From positions 1,218 to 65,217 of the forward strand of contig JACOXZ010000011.1 in assembly GCA_016182105.1 (NCBI GenBank): 64,000 nt of DNA. The letters are read 5' to 3'. Below the pieces are notes generated by a model. That model ran no database searches. It was not told the origin of the DNA and saw only the letters and a list, made by a program, of their open reading frames with translations. The translations under genes were made by a program, and so were the position numbers. This document shows, in pieces, positions 1 to 9,317 of the stretch. Positions within the stretch are counted from its first letter, which is position 1. Each line of letters starts with the position of its first letter. The stretch comes from Candidatus Liptonbacteria bacterium (lineage in GTDB: Bacteria; Patescibacteriota; Minisyncoccia; UBA6257; 2-01-FULL-56-20).

Positions 1-538
1 GCCTGTCGTGCTCGTTTTCCGTGAGGAGTTTTTCTAGGTTGGGTGCTTCACGGAATGCACCCTGATAGGGATTGTTTCCGTGTTTGATGAGATTCACGAG
101 ATTCTTTGGCCGTGAGATATAGGTTAAGACAAGAGATGATGTGCCAGTCTTTGCTTCAAGGGAACCATAGTGAAAAAGTTTGCCTAAGGGGTTCGAGAAG
201 CTCGTAAATGTCGTGGAGTCGTCTATCCGCAGTGTTTTATCTTTCCGTCGGAAAACACCGCGCGTGTATGTAATCGAACCGGAATGGACGACGTAGTATT
301 CATAGTACCAAGAAAGAAACGCATATACGGTTACGGCAAATTGTGCGCCGGAGAGAAATAAAATTTTCGCTGCCTGGTAGGAAAGGAGGCTTGGAAAGGA
401 TAGCTGGACGTAGAGCTCGTATTTTACGTTGCCGAAGCTCACGGCAACAAGGTAGAGCAAGAACACCGCAACTTCAATAACCGCGAATTTCCATATAAGA
501 ACAATAGGGCTCCGCTTGATTATTGTCTCGTCGCTCAT
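1..538 (-). CDS. hypothetical membrane protein, 3'-truncated by the window edge (two N-terminal TM helices followed by a bacterial PH-like domain)
   Basis: Reverse-strand ATG at 536-538. Open frame with no stop reads MSDETIIKRSPIVLIWKFAVIEVAVFLLYLVAVSF... to position 1. It was not in the ORF track because it is truncated. Confidence 0.5.
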   Translation of the reverse strand, partial: MSDETIIKRSPIVLIWKFAVIEVAVFLLYLVAVSFGNVKYELYVQLSFPSLLSYQAAKILFLSGAQFAVTVYAFLSWYYEYYVVHSGSITYTRGVFRRKDKTLRIDDSTTFTSFSNPLGKLFHYGSLEAKTGTSSLVLTYISRPKNLVNLIKHGNNPYQGAFREAPNLEKLLTENEHDR

Positions 539-786
539 GGTGTGAGGTATTCTTACTCCGCGCACCTTGAGCGTAACACCGGATTTGGCCGCGTCAAACC
601 CCGTCACCTTAAAACATAAATCTTCTTCCTCAAAAATATGATTTGCGAATGAATAACATTTTCTTGAGAAAGACGGCTGGCGCTCACATCTTTCTAAGGT
701 GCGGGGTCAACGCGTCCCAGTCATCCTAGATACCTACTTACCGATAGGTATGTTGCGTTGACTAATGCTGCCGGGCTTGGTATCCT

Positions 787-1083
787 TCACTTTCGTTTCG
801 GACTACCTTTTCGACCAGACAGAAAATCCTTCTCTAAAGCTACGGCAACTAACCGTTTATATGCAAATGCCTTACCAGAACCTGACTTAAGATATCGCTC
901 GAAGTCGCGTGCCTCTTTCTCCGTGGTAAATGCACTATACCAAATTAATTTCCAGGGCAGATGAGGTTTTGTGGATGGCACACTGCCCTCGCTGTGAAGC
1001 TTGAATCTAGCCCGAAGATCATTAGTGGATCCGAAATAAAATATGTGCGACTTCGAGCTGAGCAAAATGTATGTATAGTGCAT
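787..1083 (-). CDS. GIY-YIG nuclease superfamily small protein (UPF0213-like)
   Basis: 98 aa. N-terminal YTYILLS..IFYFGSTNDLRARFKLH matches the GIY-YIG motif. Confidence 0.7.
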   Translation of the reverse strand: MHYTYILLSSKSHIFYFGSTNDLRARFKLHSEGSVPSTKPHLPWKLIWYSAFTTEKEARDFERYLKSGSGKAFAYKRLVAVALEKDFLSGRKGSPKRK

Positions 1084-1112
1084 GCTATTCCGTAGCTTTA
1101 GCGAAGGATAGC

Positions 1113-1181
1113 TGCCGGGCTTGGATTCGAACCAAGGTGACGTGATTCAGAGTCACGTATCCTACCACTAGATGACCCGGC
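1113..1181 (-). tRNA. tRNA-Gln (anticodon CUG)
   Basis: Reverse complement folds as GCCGGGT acceptor, 3-bp D stem ATC/GAT, anticodon stem CGTGA/TCACG with loop CUCUGAA, and T arm CTTGG-TTCGAAT-CCAAG. CCA is not encoded. Confidence 0.65.
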
Positions 1182-1215
1182 AAAGTCTTAGCGGTTCTTA
1201 TGTTATAATAATTCC

Positions 1216-2466
1216 ATGGCGGAAATCAAATTGCCTGATACGAAAGCGCTCAAAGTGACGATTGAAAAACAGCTCGTAAAATCCATTGATGAGGTCTCGA
1301 TCGTGGACTTGATCGACCTCTTTGTTTCTTATGCCTACGCGAGCAGGGCCTCGGACATCCATATTGAGCCAACAGCTGACACCGTGAGGGTCCGTTTCCG
1401 GATAGACGGCATTCTTCACGATATTTTCGATAAAATCGGCGTAACTAAAAGCCTCCATAACGAACTTATCAGCCGCATCAAGGTACTCTCTGGCTTACGG
1501 ACCGACGAGCACTTTTTGCCCCAGGACGGCCGCTTCAAGGCCAAGACTGATCACGTGGGCAATATTGACGTCCGGGTCTCGATTATGCCCACCCACTACG
1601 GAGAGAACGCGGTTATGCGGATCTTAGCCGAGACCCAAACTTTTGAGATTATAGACCTTGGTTTCTCGAAGCCTGACCTTGAGCGGGTGAGGCGGGCTAT
1701 TGAAAAGCCCTACGGCATGATCTTGGCCAATGGTCCCACAGGATCAGGCAAGACCACCACGCTTTACACGATCTTAAAGAAACTCAATAAACCAGAAGTC
1801 TCGATGATTACGATTGAAGACCCGGTGGAGTATTCGCTTGAAGGTACGACCCAAATTCAGGTCGACCCCAAAGCCGGCCTAAACTTTGCAAACGGTCTCC
1901 GCTCGATTCTGCGTCAGGACCCGAATGTCATCATGGTCGGCGAGATCCGCGACCAGGAGACAGCCGGGATTGCGGTCAATGCCGCCTTAACCGGTCACCT
2001 TCTTTTATCAACCCTTCACACCAACGATTCAGCCACTACTTTTCCGCGTTTGATTGACATGGGTGTGCCGCCGTTTCTTGTGGCTTCCACTTTGAACATT
2101 GCCATGGGCCAGCGCCTTGTTCGAAGGCTCTGCCCTGACTGCAAAAAAGAAAAAATTTTGAGCCCAGCGGAGGTTAAAAGTTTAAGCGAACTTGTTCCGG
2201 GAGTTGAATCTAAACCTAAGAAATATTACGCCGCCCAAGGCTGCAGCAAGTGCGGCCAGAGCGGCTACCAGGGTCGGATCGGCATCCGGGAGGTTTTGGA
2301 AGTGAATGATGAGATAAGAAAGCTCGTGATGAATCGAGCAAGCTCGCAGGAGATTAAACAAGCCTCGATAAAAAACGGCATGGTGACTATGGTCCAGGAC
2401 GGTTTAGAGAAGGCGATAAGCGGCATAACAAGCATTGAAGAGGTTCTCCGAACGGTTCGCGAGTAA
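1216..2466 (+). CDS. pilB: type IV pilus assembly / type II secretion ATPase (PilB/GspE family, short form)
   Basis: Walker A GPTGSGKTTT, Asp/His boxes and a C-terminal CxxC...CxxC zinc motif. 416 aa. Confidence 0.9.
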   Translation: MAEIKLPDTKALKVTIEKQLVKSIDEVSIVDLIDLFVSYAYASRASDIHIEPTADTVRVRFRIDGILHDIFDKIGVTKSLHNELISRIKVLSGLRTDEHFLPQDGRFKAKTDHVGNIDVRVSIMPTHYGENAVMRILAETQTFEIIDLGFSKPDLERVRRAIEKPYGMILANGPTGSGKTTTLYTILKKLNKPEVSMITIEDPVEYSLEGTTQIQVDPKAGLNFANGLRSILRQDPNVIMVGEIRDQETAGIAVNAALTGHLLLSTLHTNDSATTFPRLIDMGVPPFLVASTLNIAMGQRLVRRLCPDCKKEKILSPAEVKSLSELVPGVESKPKKYYAAQGCSKCGQSGYQGRIGIREVLEVNDEIRKLVMNRASSQEIKQASIKNGMVTMVQDGLEKAISGITSIEEVLRTVRE

Positions 2467-2478
2467 TTTAAACAAAGG

Positions 2479-3558
2479 ATGGTAGTCAAGCCCCACAAGT
2501 TTACCGAAGGAATTTTTGAGCACGTCGCAACTCAGGAGAAGATAAATTTCGCCCGCCACCTTTCTTTAACCATCAAGGCCGGTCTTCCACTTTTCGAGGG
2601 GCTCAAAATCATCAAAGGCCAGATCGTCTCCAAAACTTTAAAGAAAGTCATTGACGAGTTGATTGATGACGTGAATAAGGGCCAGTTTTTGTCGGACGCT
2701 CTTCAAAGACACCGGCATCTTTTCGGAGAATTTTTTATAAATATCATCAGAATAGGCGAGGCGAGCGGCACTTTGGCCTCGAATCTTCTCTATCTTGCAG
2801 AAGAGATGAAAAAGTCCAAGACTCTTCGAGGCAAAATCCGTTCGTCTATGATCTATCCCGTAATTATTCTTATTGCCACCCTCGCCATCACGTCACTTCT
2901 CATGTTTTTCGTCTTCCCCAAAATCCTTCCGGTTTTCGCAAGTTTGAATATCAAACTGCCGATCACGACCAGAATTATGATTGGCAGCGTGAATTTCCTT
3001 TTGGCAAACTGGCTAAAACTTGTTATTGGAATCGCAGTCGCGGTAATTGGCTTCCGGGCGCTTATCTTTCTTAATGGTTTTCGGTTTATTTTGCATAGGA
3101 TCGCGTTTTTTATACCTGTGCTCGCAAGACTGATCACTCACATTAATATGGCTAATTTCTCGAGGGTCACGGCCGTGCTCCTTAAAAGCGGCGTAAAGAT
3201 CGTGGAGGCAGTGACGATTACAAGCAAAACCTTCAATAACTTAGTCTATCGTCAGGAACTTTTGGCCGCGGCTGAAGAGATAAGGAAAGGCGGGCAACTA
3301 GGCGTCTATCTTTCAAAGAGAAAAAAATTTTTTCCGCCACTGCTCTCCGGTCTCATTACAATAGGGGAGAACACAGGCAATCTCGAAGATAATCTTTTTT
3401 ACCTTGCCGATTACTACGGCGAAGAAGTGGATGCTTCCCTCCGGAACCTCACGGCCTTGATCGAACCGCTTTTGCTTTTAGTTATGGGGCTTGTTGTCGG
3501 CTTCGTGGCGCTCTCGATTGTTACGCCGATCTACTCCATTACCCAAGGCATTAAATGA
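2479..3558 (+). CDS. pilC: type IV pilus inner-membrane platform protein PilC/GspF
   Basis: 359 aa polytopic protein with duplicated GspF-type domains. It directly follows pilB. Confidence 0.85.
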   Translation: MVVKPHKFTEGIFEHVATQEKINFARHLSLTIKAGLPLFEGLKIIKGQIVSKTLKKVIDELIDDVNKGQFLSDALQRHRHLFGEFFINIIRIGEASGTLASNLLYLAEEMKKSKTLRGKIRSSMIYPVIILIATLAITSLLMFFVFPKILPVFASLNIKLPITTRIMIGSVNFLLANWLKLVIGIAVAVIGFRALIFLNGFRFILHRIAFFIPVLARLITHINMANFSRVTAVLLKSGVKIVEAVTITSKTFNNLVYRQELLAAAEEIRKGGQLGVYLSKRKKFFPPLLSGLITIGENTGNLEDNLFYLADYYGEEVDASLRNLTALIEPLLLLVMGLVVGFVALSIVTPIYSITQGIK

Positions 3559-5315
3559 GGAACCGGCAGGGACTCACTTTTATTGATGTTGTTGTTTCGA
3601 TCGGCATCATTGGTATTCTCTTTGTCGGCATTTTTGCCACCTATTCCTCGATTTTGGACGTTATAAACAATTCCGAGAGACGAGGAGCGGCAGCCTCTAT
3701 CTTAAATAGGCAAATCGAGATTATCCGAAATCTGCCCTATAACCAGGTGGGCACAGTAGGCGGCGTGCCTTCCGGTATTATTCCTCAGGAACAGACTCTT
3801 CAGGCCTCGGGACTTACATTCGTCATAAAAACCACTGTTCGGAACATTGACGATCCATATGATGGCACCTTGGGCGGGAACCCCAATGACACAGCGCCGG
3901 CCGACTATAAGCTCGCGGAGCTCGAAGTCAGCTGCTCAAGCTGCGGGAGTTTCGTGCCATTGATTTTGACTACTACAGTCTCTCCTAAAAATTTGGAAGC
4001 CGCGAGCACGAACGGATCTATCTTCGTGAATGTCTTCGATGCGAGCGGAATCGGCATCTCGGGAGTCACGGTTCATGTGGTAAACGCAAGCATTACCCCG
4101 CCCCTAGACCTTTTTGACACGACAAACGCAAGCGGCGTTCTCCAACTTGTGGGCGTGTCAACAAGCACGCAGTCTTATCGGATTGACGTGAGTAAAACCG
4201 GCTATTCATCCGACAAAACCTACCAGCCGGGCGACCCCTCAAACCCTAATCCTCTGAAACCCCATGCGACGGTCGCGGCTCAAACAGTAACCCAAGTGAG
4301 TTTCGCGATTGACCGGGTGAGCACATTAAACGTTCGGACCTCGGACGTTGTCTGTTCGTCCGTCTCCGGACAAGATTTCACTCTTCAGGGGTCTAAACTT
4401 ATCGGTACTGGTCCGGATGTCTTGAAATTTTCGACGTCCTCGGCCACTGACGGGAGCGGCCTCAAGACTTTCAATAATCTTGAATGGGATACCTACAACA
4501 TCAGTCGTTCGGGAACGACTAATTACCTGGTCGGCACCATGCCTTTCTCTCCGTTAACCATAAACCCCAGTTCAACTCAAGATTTTCGATTTATTCTTGA
4601 GCCGTCTTCACCGGATGGGCTCCTTGTTATTGTTAAAGATTCGGGAAGCGGCGCAGTTATAAACGGCGCTTCAGTGAATCTCTCCAAGACGGGGTTCTCC
4701 CAGACTTTGATTACCGGACGCAATTTTTTGCGGCAAACCGATTGGTCGGCCGGTGAATATTCTAGTCAAGACGGCGGCATTGATGTTTCCTCGCCTGCCG
4801 GCACTTTAAAACTTCTTCTCTCGGCTTCGAGTACTTACAGCACCAGCACTGTGAGTTGGCTCACCTCGAATACTTTCAATGTCGGTTCTTCAACGGCCAC
4901 TTATTATACTTTAAGCTGGAGCCCGACCACCCAACCGCCCCAAACCGGCCCTGACAGCTTGAAATTCCAAATCGCTTCGAACAATGACAACGCCACTTGG
5001 AATTTTGTTGGCCCGGACGGCATGGCCGGGAGTTATTACACGACAAACGGCGCGGGCGTAGCCGGCCACAACAACCGTCGTTTTCTACGATATAAAGTAT
5101 TTATGAAAACGGATGACGAGAACTTTACGCCTTCACTCGATGATCTAAGCATTGAATTCAACTCCATCTGCGTGCCTGGCGGCCAGGTTCTTTTTAGCGG
5201 TCTTACCGCCGACGCTTATAGTATCACAGCCACGGCCGTTGGTTATTCTTTAGCATCAAGTTCTGTTTCGGTCGTAAATGGCTTCAATCAAACCGAGGTT
5301 TTAATGTCGCCTTAA
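3555..5315 (+). CDS. large prepilin-type N-terminal domain protein (pilus tip or minor pilin-like)
   Basis: N-terminus MRNRQGLTFIDVVVSIGIIGILFV is a class III signal (GLTFID plus hydrophobic helix). 586 aa, S/T-rich. Confidence 0.6.
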   Translation: MRNRQGLTFIDVVVSIGIIGILFVGIFATYSSILDVINNSERRGAAASILNRQIEIIRNLPYNQVGTVGGVPSGIIPQEQTLQASGLTFVIKTTVRNIDDPYDGTLGGNPNDTAPADYKLAELEVSCSSCGSFVPLILTTTVSPKNLEAASTNGSIFVNVFDASGIGISGVTVHVVNASITPPLDLFDTTNASGVLQLVGVSTSTQSYRIDVSKTGYSSDKTYQPGDPSNPNPLKPHATVAAQTVTQVSFAIDRVSTLNVRTSDVVCSSVSGQDFTLQGSKLIGTGPDVLKFSTSSATDGSGLKTFNNLEWDTYNISRSGTTNYLVGTMPFSPLTINPSSTQDFRFILEPSSPDGLLVIVKDSGSGAVINGASVNLSKTGFSQTLITGRNFLRQTDWSAGEYSSQDGGIDVSSPAGTLKLLLSASSTYSTSTVSWLTSNTFNVGSSTATYYTLSWSPTTQPPQTGPDSLKFQIASNNDNATWNFVGPDGMAGSYYTTNGAGVAGHNNRRFLRYKVFMKTDDENFTPSLDDLSIEFNSICVPGGQVLFSGLTADAYSITATAVGYSLASSSVSVVNGFNQTEVLMSP

Positions 5316-5321
5316 AATAAA

Positions 5322-5924
5322 ATGAATATCAAAAAACTAGCTGGGTTTACCTTTATCGAAGTCGTGATCGTGATCGCGATTTTCGTGGTGATTTTCACTG
5401 TGATTGCGAGCTTTGGCGAGAATACCAGTTTGCTTTCGAACCTAATAAACAAAAGCTTGCAAGCGGAACAAGACCTAAGGCAGACTTTCCAGGTTATAGT
5501 AACTGAAATCCGTTCAGCAGGGCCCTCAAGTCTTGGCGCCTATCCGATTGAGTCGGCCGCTACTTCGTCTTTCGCTTTTTTCAGCGACATTGACGAGGAC
5601 GGCGTTTTTGAGCGGGTAAGATACTTCGTGGGGACTAGCACGCTCGAGAAAGGAGTGATTGAGCCTATTGGGAACCCATTGGTTTACGCGACCTCGAGCG
5701 AGTCTGTAAAAATAGCAGTTAATTACCTGCTTATGGCCTCGAGTACTTTTGAGTATTATGACGCTAATTACACCGGGCTAGAGGCGTCGCTTAGCACGCC
5801 TATAGACGTAACCAAGATCAGGATCGTTAAAGTCACGGTTACGGCTGACGTTAACCCAGGAGCGGCCCCGAAGCCAGTGACCTTCACCAACATCATTAAC
5901 GTGAGAAATCTTCGAAGCAACTGA
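5322..5924 (+). CDS. pseudopilin / minor pilin (prepilin-type N-terminus)
   Basis: The sequence ...GFTFIEVVIVIAIFVVIF sits near the N-terminus. Confidence 0.6.
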   Translation: MNIKKLAGFTFIEVVIVIAIFVVIFTVIASFGENTSLLSNLINKSLQAEQDLRQTFQVIVTEIRSAGPSSLGAYPIESAATSSFAFFSDIDEDGVFERVRYFVGTSTLEKGVIEPIGNPLVYATSSESVKIAVNYLLMASSTFEYYDANYTGLEASLSTPIDVTKIRIVKVTVTADVNPGAAPKPVTFTNIINVRNLRSN

Positions 5925-6025
5925 TCCCGTTAGAAGCCGCGATCGCGTTGCTAAAACTCCAAATATCTATCAATGTACAGTCATTACAATGAACTCGCCT
6001 AGATCGCGATCTGCTTCTAACGGGA
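5925..6025. repeat. family-1 miniature TIR element, copy E1 (about 101 bp; TIR tcccgttagaagccgcgatcgcg / cgcgatctgcttctaacggga)
   Basis: 22-nt terminal inverted repeats read directly. The internal sequence is homologous to E2, E3 and E4. The element ends at the ATG of the downstream gene. Confidence 0.8.
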
Positions 6026-7497
6026 TGAAGAACAAAAAAGGACAACTTTCGCTTCAGGTTTTGATCTTCGGAGCGGTCTCGATAATCGTTATCAGCGGCT
6101 TTGCGCTTTGGGCTTCATCGTTTTTGAAATTCTCTCTTAGGGATTTCAATAAGACATTAGCTTTCTCAATTTCGGAGGCTGGCATTGAGTATTACCGCTG
6201 GCACCTGGCGCACGCGCCACAGGACTTTCAGGACGGCACTGGCGGCCCCGGCCCTTATGTCCACAACTATTACGACAAAAACGGAATTGTCCTCGGCCAG
6301 TTCAGTTTGGAAATCACCCCGCCAGCCACGGGCTCAACGATCGTAAAAATCAAGAGCACTGGCCAGCTTGCGGCCGACTCGAGTATTCAGAAAATAATTC
6401 AGGTTTCGATGGGCATCCCGTCTTTTGCCAAATACGCGGTCGCGGCCAATGACATCATTCGTTTTGGAGACGGCACAATAGTTTACGGACCGATTCATTC
6501 AAACGGCGGCATCCGGTTCGACGGCTACGCTTATAATTTGATAACCAGCGCCGTAGCCGACTATGACGACCCGGATCACGGCGGCGGCAATGAATTCGGA
6601 GTCCATACTCATCGCAATGAAGGAGGCCAAAGCGGAGTGGATAACAGCTACCGACCCAAAGAAGCGCCGCCGCCGCCAGCTCCCGACCGGCCGGATGTTT
6701 TCGGCGCTGGCCGTGAGTTTCCGGTGCCGGCCGTTGATTTCGTTGGCATTACCCAAGATTTGAGCCAAATCAAAGCCGATGCTCAAACAAACGGTTTTTA
6801 TAGGGCGAGCTCAACGGCTTACGGCTATGAAGTGATTCTTAAAACCGATGACACATTTGACCTTTACCGGGTCAATTCTTTAGTGTCTTCGCCTTCTTCA
6901 AATTGCACTAAATCGCAAGATCAAGCCAATAATCAAGGCGGCTGGGGAACCTGGACTATTAATTCCAAAACCTTATTGGGTAATTATGTTTTTCCGGCCA
7001 ATGGTTTGATATTTTTGGAAGACGATGTTTGGGTGAGAGGACAGGTGGACGGCGGCCGTTTGACCATCGCTTCAGCTCGGTTTCCGGATAATCCCTCAAC
7101 AAGAAGCAGCATTACTTTAAACGACAATCTTTTATATACCGATTACAACGGTCTTGATGCCATCGCTTTAATGGCGCAGAAAAATATCAATGTCGGCTGG
7201 CAGAGCCAAGATATCATCAGAATTGATGGGGCTTTGGTCGCCCAAAACGGCTGGGTGGGAAGATATTATTACAATAGTTTCTGTTCGCCGTACGATTTAA
7301 GAGACACCATTACCACTTACGGGTCGCTCGTCTCAAGCCAGCGCTACGGTTTTGCTTACACTACCGGTGTTCAAACTGTTTCCGGCTATCCGACGAGAAA
7401 CCTAATTTACGATTCCAATTTATTATACGGCCCGCCGCCGAGTTTCCCCTTGACCAGCGATCAGTATACACAAATATCCTGGGACGAAGTAAAATAG
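6025..7497 (+). CDS. pilus-associated protein with pilin-like hydrophobic N-terminus (PilX or minor-pilin-like)
   Basis: Starting at ATG 6025 the protein reads MKNKKGQLSLQVLIFGAVSIIVISGF. The ORF-track start at 5989 lies inside the repeat. Confidence 0.5.
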   Translation: MKNKKGQLSLQVLIFGAVSIIVISGFALWASSFLKFSLRDFNKTLAFSISEAGIEYYRWHLAHAPQDFQDGTGGPGPYVHNYYDKNGIVLGQFSLEITPPATGSTIVKIKSTGQLAADSSIQKIIQVSMGIPSFAKYAVAANDIIRFGDGTIVYGPIHSNGGIRFDGYAYNLITSAVADYDDPDHGGGNEFGVHTHRNEGGQSGVDNSYRPKEAPPPPAPDRPDVFGAGREFPVPAVDFVGITQDLSQIKADAQTNGFYRASSTAYGYEVILKTDDTFDLYRVNSLVSSPSSNCTKSQDQANNQGGWGTWTINSKTLLGNYVFPANGLIFLEDDVWVRGQVDGGRLTIASARFPDNPSTRSSITLNDNLLYTDYNGLDAIALMAQKNINVGWQSQDIIRIDGALVAQNGWVGRYYYNSFCSPYDLRDTITTYGSLVSSQRYGFAYTTGVQTVSGYPTRNLIYDSNLLYGPPPSFPLTSDQYTQISWDEVK

Positions 7498-7508
7498 TTT
7501 AAATTCAA

Positions 7509-7955
7509 ATGAGAAAAGGACTTACGTTAATCGAAGTTTTGATCACCATCGTTCTCGTCGCCATTTTAGGCAGCTTTGTCATCGTCTCCTTGAATCCGGT
7601 GGGCCAGCTAGCTTCGGCCAGGAACAACCAGCGGCTCTCAAATTTAAACACCATTTTAAATTCCATTAGTCAAAACGCGGCTGACAGCAAAGGCATTTTT
7701 ACCTGTTTAGGGGGGCCCATCCCCACCTCGACTAAAAGGATGGCGATTGGTGCGGGCAATTATGATATAGCTTCTTGCCTTATTCCGATTTATGCTTCGG
7801 TTTTGCCTTTTGATCCCAAAGACCCTTTAGCGCATTTCACGAGCCAAACCGATTATGACACCGGCTACACAATTATAAGAAACGCCTCAAGCGGGGCCCT
7901 CACAGTAAGCGCGCCTTCGGCTGAGTCCGGCAAGGTTATCTCGGTCAGCCGCTAA
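7509..7955 (+). CDS. type IV pilin
   Basis: MRKGLTLIEVLITIVLVAILGSFV is a canonical prepilin cleavage/methylation N-terminus. 148 aa. Confidence 0.7.
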   Translation: MRKGLTLIEVLITIVLVAILGSFVIVSLNPVGQLASARNNQRLSNLNTILNSISQNAADSKGIFTCLGGPIPTSTKRMAIGAGNYDIASCLIPIYASVLPFDPKDPLAHFTSQTDYDTGYTIIRNASSGALTVSAPSAESGKVISVSR

Positions 7956-9076
7956 GGCTTTTCGGTTTTCAAGTTTTCAATTAAAGCGATTTCCAGGGGT
8001 ACCATCTGAAAAGGGCTATAGCGCATTTCGCTGTAGGCCCGAATTAGATCTTTAGTGAGTCTCAAGAGGCGGTCAAGATCTACGGCCTCGCTCAGTTTTT
8101 TAAGCTGGACTATCTCCTCTTTGGTGAGTTCTGATTGAAAAACTTCTTCTAAGGCAGGATTCACCTTGAGCGACATAATTTTACGGGAATAATGGATCAG
8201 GTCTTTCGCTAGCTGGACTAAATTGTGGCCTTCCTCATTCAGTTTCGCGAGATAATCAAGGCTGCTTTTTAAATCACGGGCAATAATTAGGCTCGCAAGT
8301 CCGCTTACCTTTCTGAAACCCACCCGACCCGTGAGGAGCTCCGCGGTTTTAAGGTCAACCTTGTTCTTCAGTGAGGCGAGCTGATCAAGGAGCGATTCCG
8401 CGTCGCGGAGGGAGCCATCGCCCGAGGCCGCCACGAGTTCCAAGGCGGCTTCGTCAATCTCGATTTTTTCGGCTTTGGCAATTGCCTTGAGTTTCTCGAT
8501 AATCTTAGTTTTAGGGAGTTTTTTGAATAAAAATCTTTGGGTTCTTGAGGTGATGGTCGGAGGCATTTTTTCATACTCGGTCGTCGCGAGGATCAAGACA
8601 GCATGTTTCGGAGGCTCCTCTAGGGTCTTTAAGAGGGCGTTAAAAGCCGGGCCGGTTAACATATGAGCCTCGTCGATAATATAAACCTTAAAATCGCTTC
8701 CGGCAGGCGAGGCGTGGATGCTTTCCTTTAAGTTCCTGATTTCGTCAATGCCGCGGTTAGAGGCCGCGTCAATCTCGATCACATCAAAAGAAGTGCCCGC
8801 GTTGATTTCACTGCAAGAACGGCACTCGTTGCATGGCTCGCCTTGTTCTTGGAATTTCGGGTCTTTGGCCCGGAGTTCACAGTTCAAAAGTTTGGCAATG
8901 AGCCTTGCGGTCGTGGTTTTGCCGGTCCCTCGGGGTCCATAGAAAAGATAAGCGTGGCCGATCCGATTTTGACGAGCCGCGTTTTTTAAAATCTCGACAT
9001 TCGTCTCCTGACCGAGGAGGTCTCCTAGTTTCTGCGGACGATATTTGCGGTAGAGAGCCAGAGCCATCAGCTGCAT
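7952..9076 (-). CDS. dnaX: DNA polymerase III subunit gamma/tau
   Basis: Walker A GPRGTGKTTTARL, the zinc module CNECRSC, and DEAHML. Confidence 0.85.
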   Translation of the reverse strand: MQLMALALYRKYRPQKLGDLLGQETNVEILKNAARQNRIGHAYLFYGPRGTGKTTTARLIAKLLNCELRAKDPKFQEQGEPCNECRSCSEINAGTSFDVIEIDAASNRGIDEIRNLKESIHASPAGSDFKVYIIDEAHMLTGPAFNALLKTLEEPPKHAVLILATTEYEKMPPTITSRTQRFLFKKLPKTKIIEKLKAIAKAEKIEIDEAALELVAASGDGSLRDAESLLDQLASLKNKVDLKTAELLTGRVGFRKVSGLASLIIARDLKSSLDYLAKLNEEGHNLVQLAKDLIHYSRKIMSLKVNPALEEVFQSELTKEEIVQLKKLSEAVDLDRLLRLTKDLIRAYSEMRYSPFQMVPLEIALIENLKTEKP

Positions 9077-9128
9077 TATAAGGAATTTATCCTTCCGTGG
9101 CCAGCGGCTATATCAAATTTTCGACCTA

Positions 9129-9158
9129 TTGACAAAATAGCTAGTTATAGTATATAAT
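9129..9158 (+). promoter_or_regulatory. sigma70-like promoter (TTGACA, 18-nt spacer, TATAAT) driving cassette A
   Basis: TTGACA at 9129-9134 and TATAAT at 9153-9158. Confidence 0.55.
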
Positions 9159-9317
9159 TAATCTGTTCTTTGATAATTCATATTCTAGTTTTTCAATCGC
9201 ATGAGGCGAGCGTTTAGCGAGTTAGATGAATAGCTCTTTAAGCACTCGCCTTATCACGAGGCGCGTCTCTCTCCGGAGGGAGTCCGGTAAGTTCACAACG
9301 AAAAGGAGAACGACGAT

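Noticed and set aside
758-964. 68-aa + strand ORF
   Set aside because: It lies entirely antisense to the GIY-YIG gene and has no start context.
1198-1458. 86-aa minus-strand ORF
   Set aside because: It is embedded antisense in pilB.
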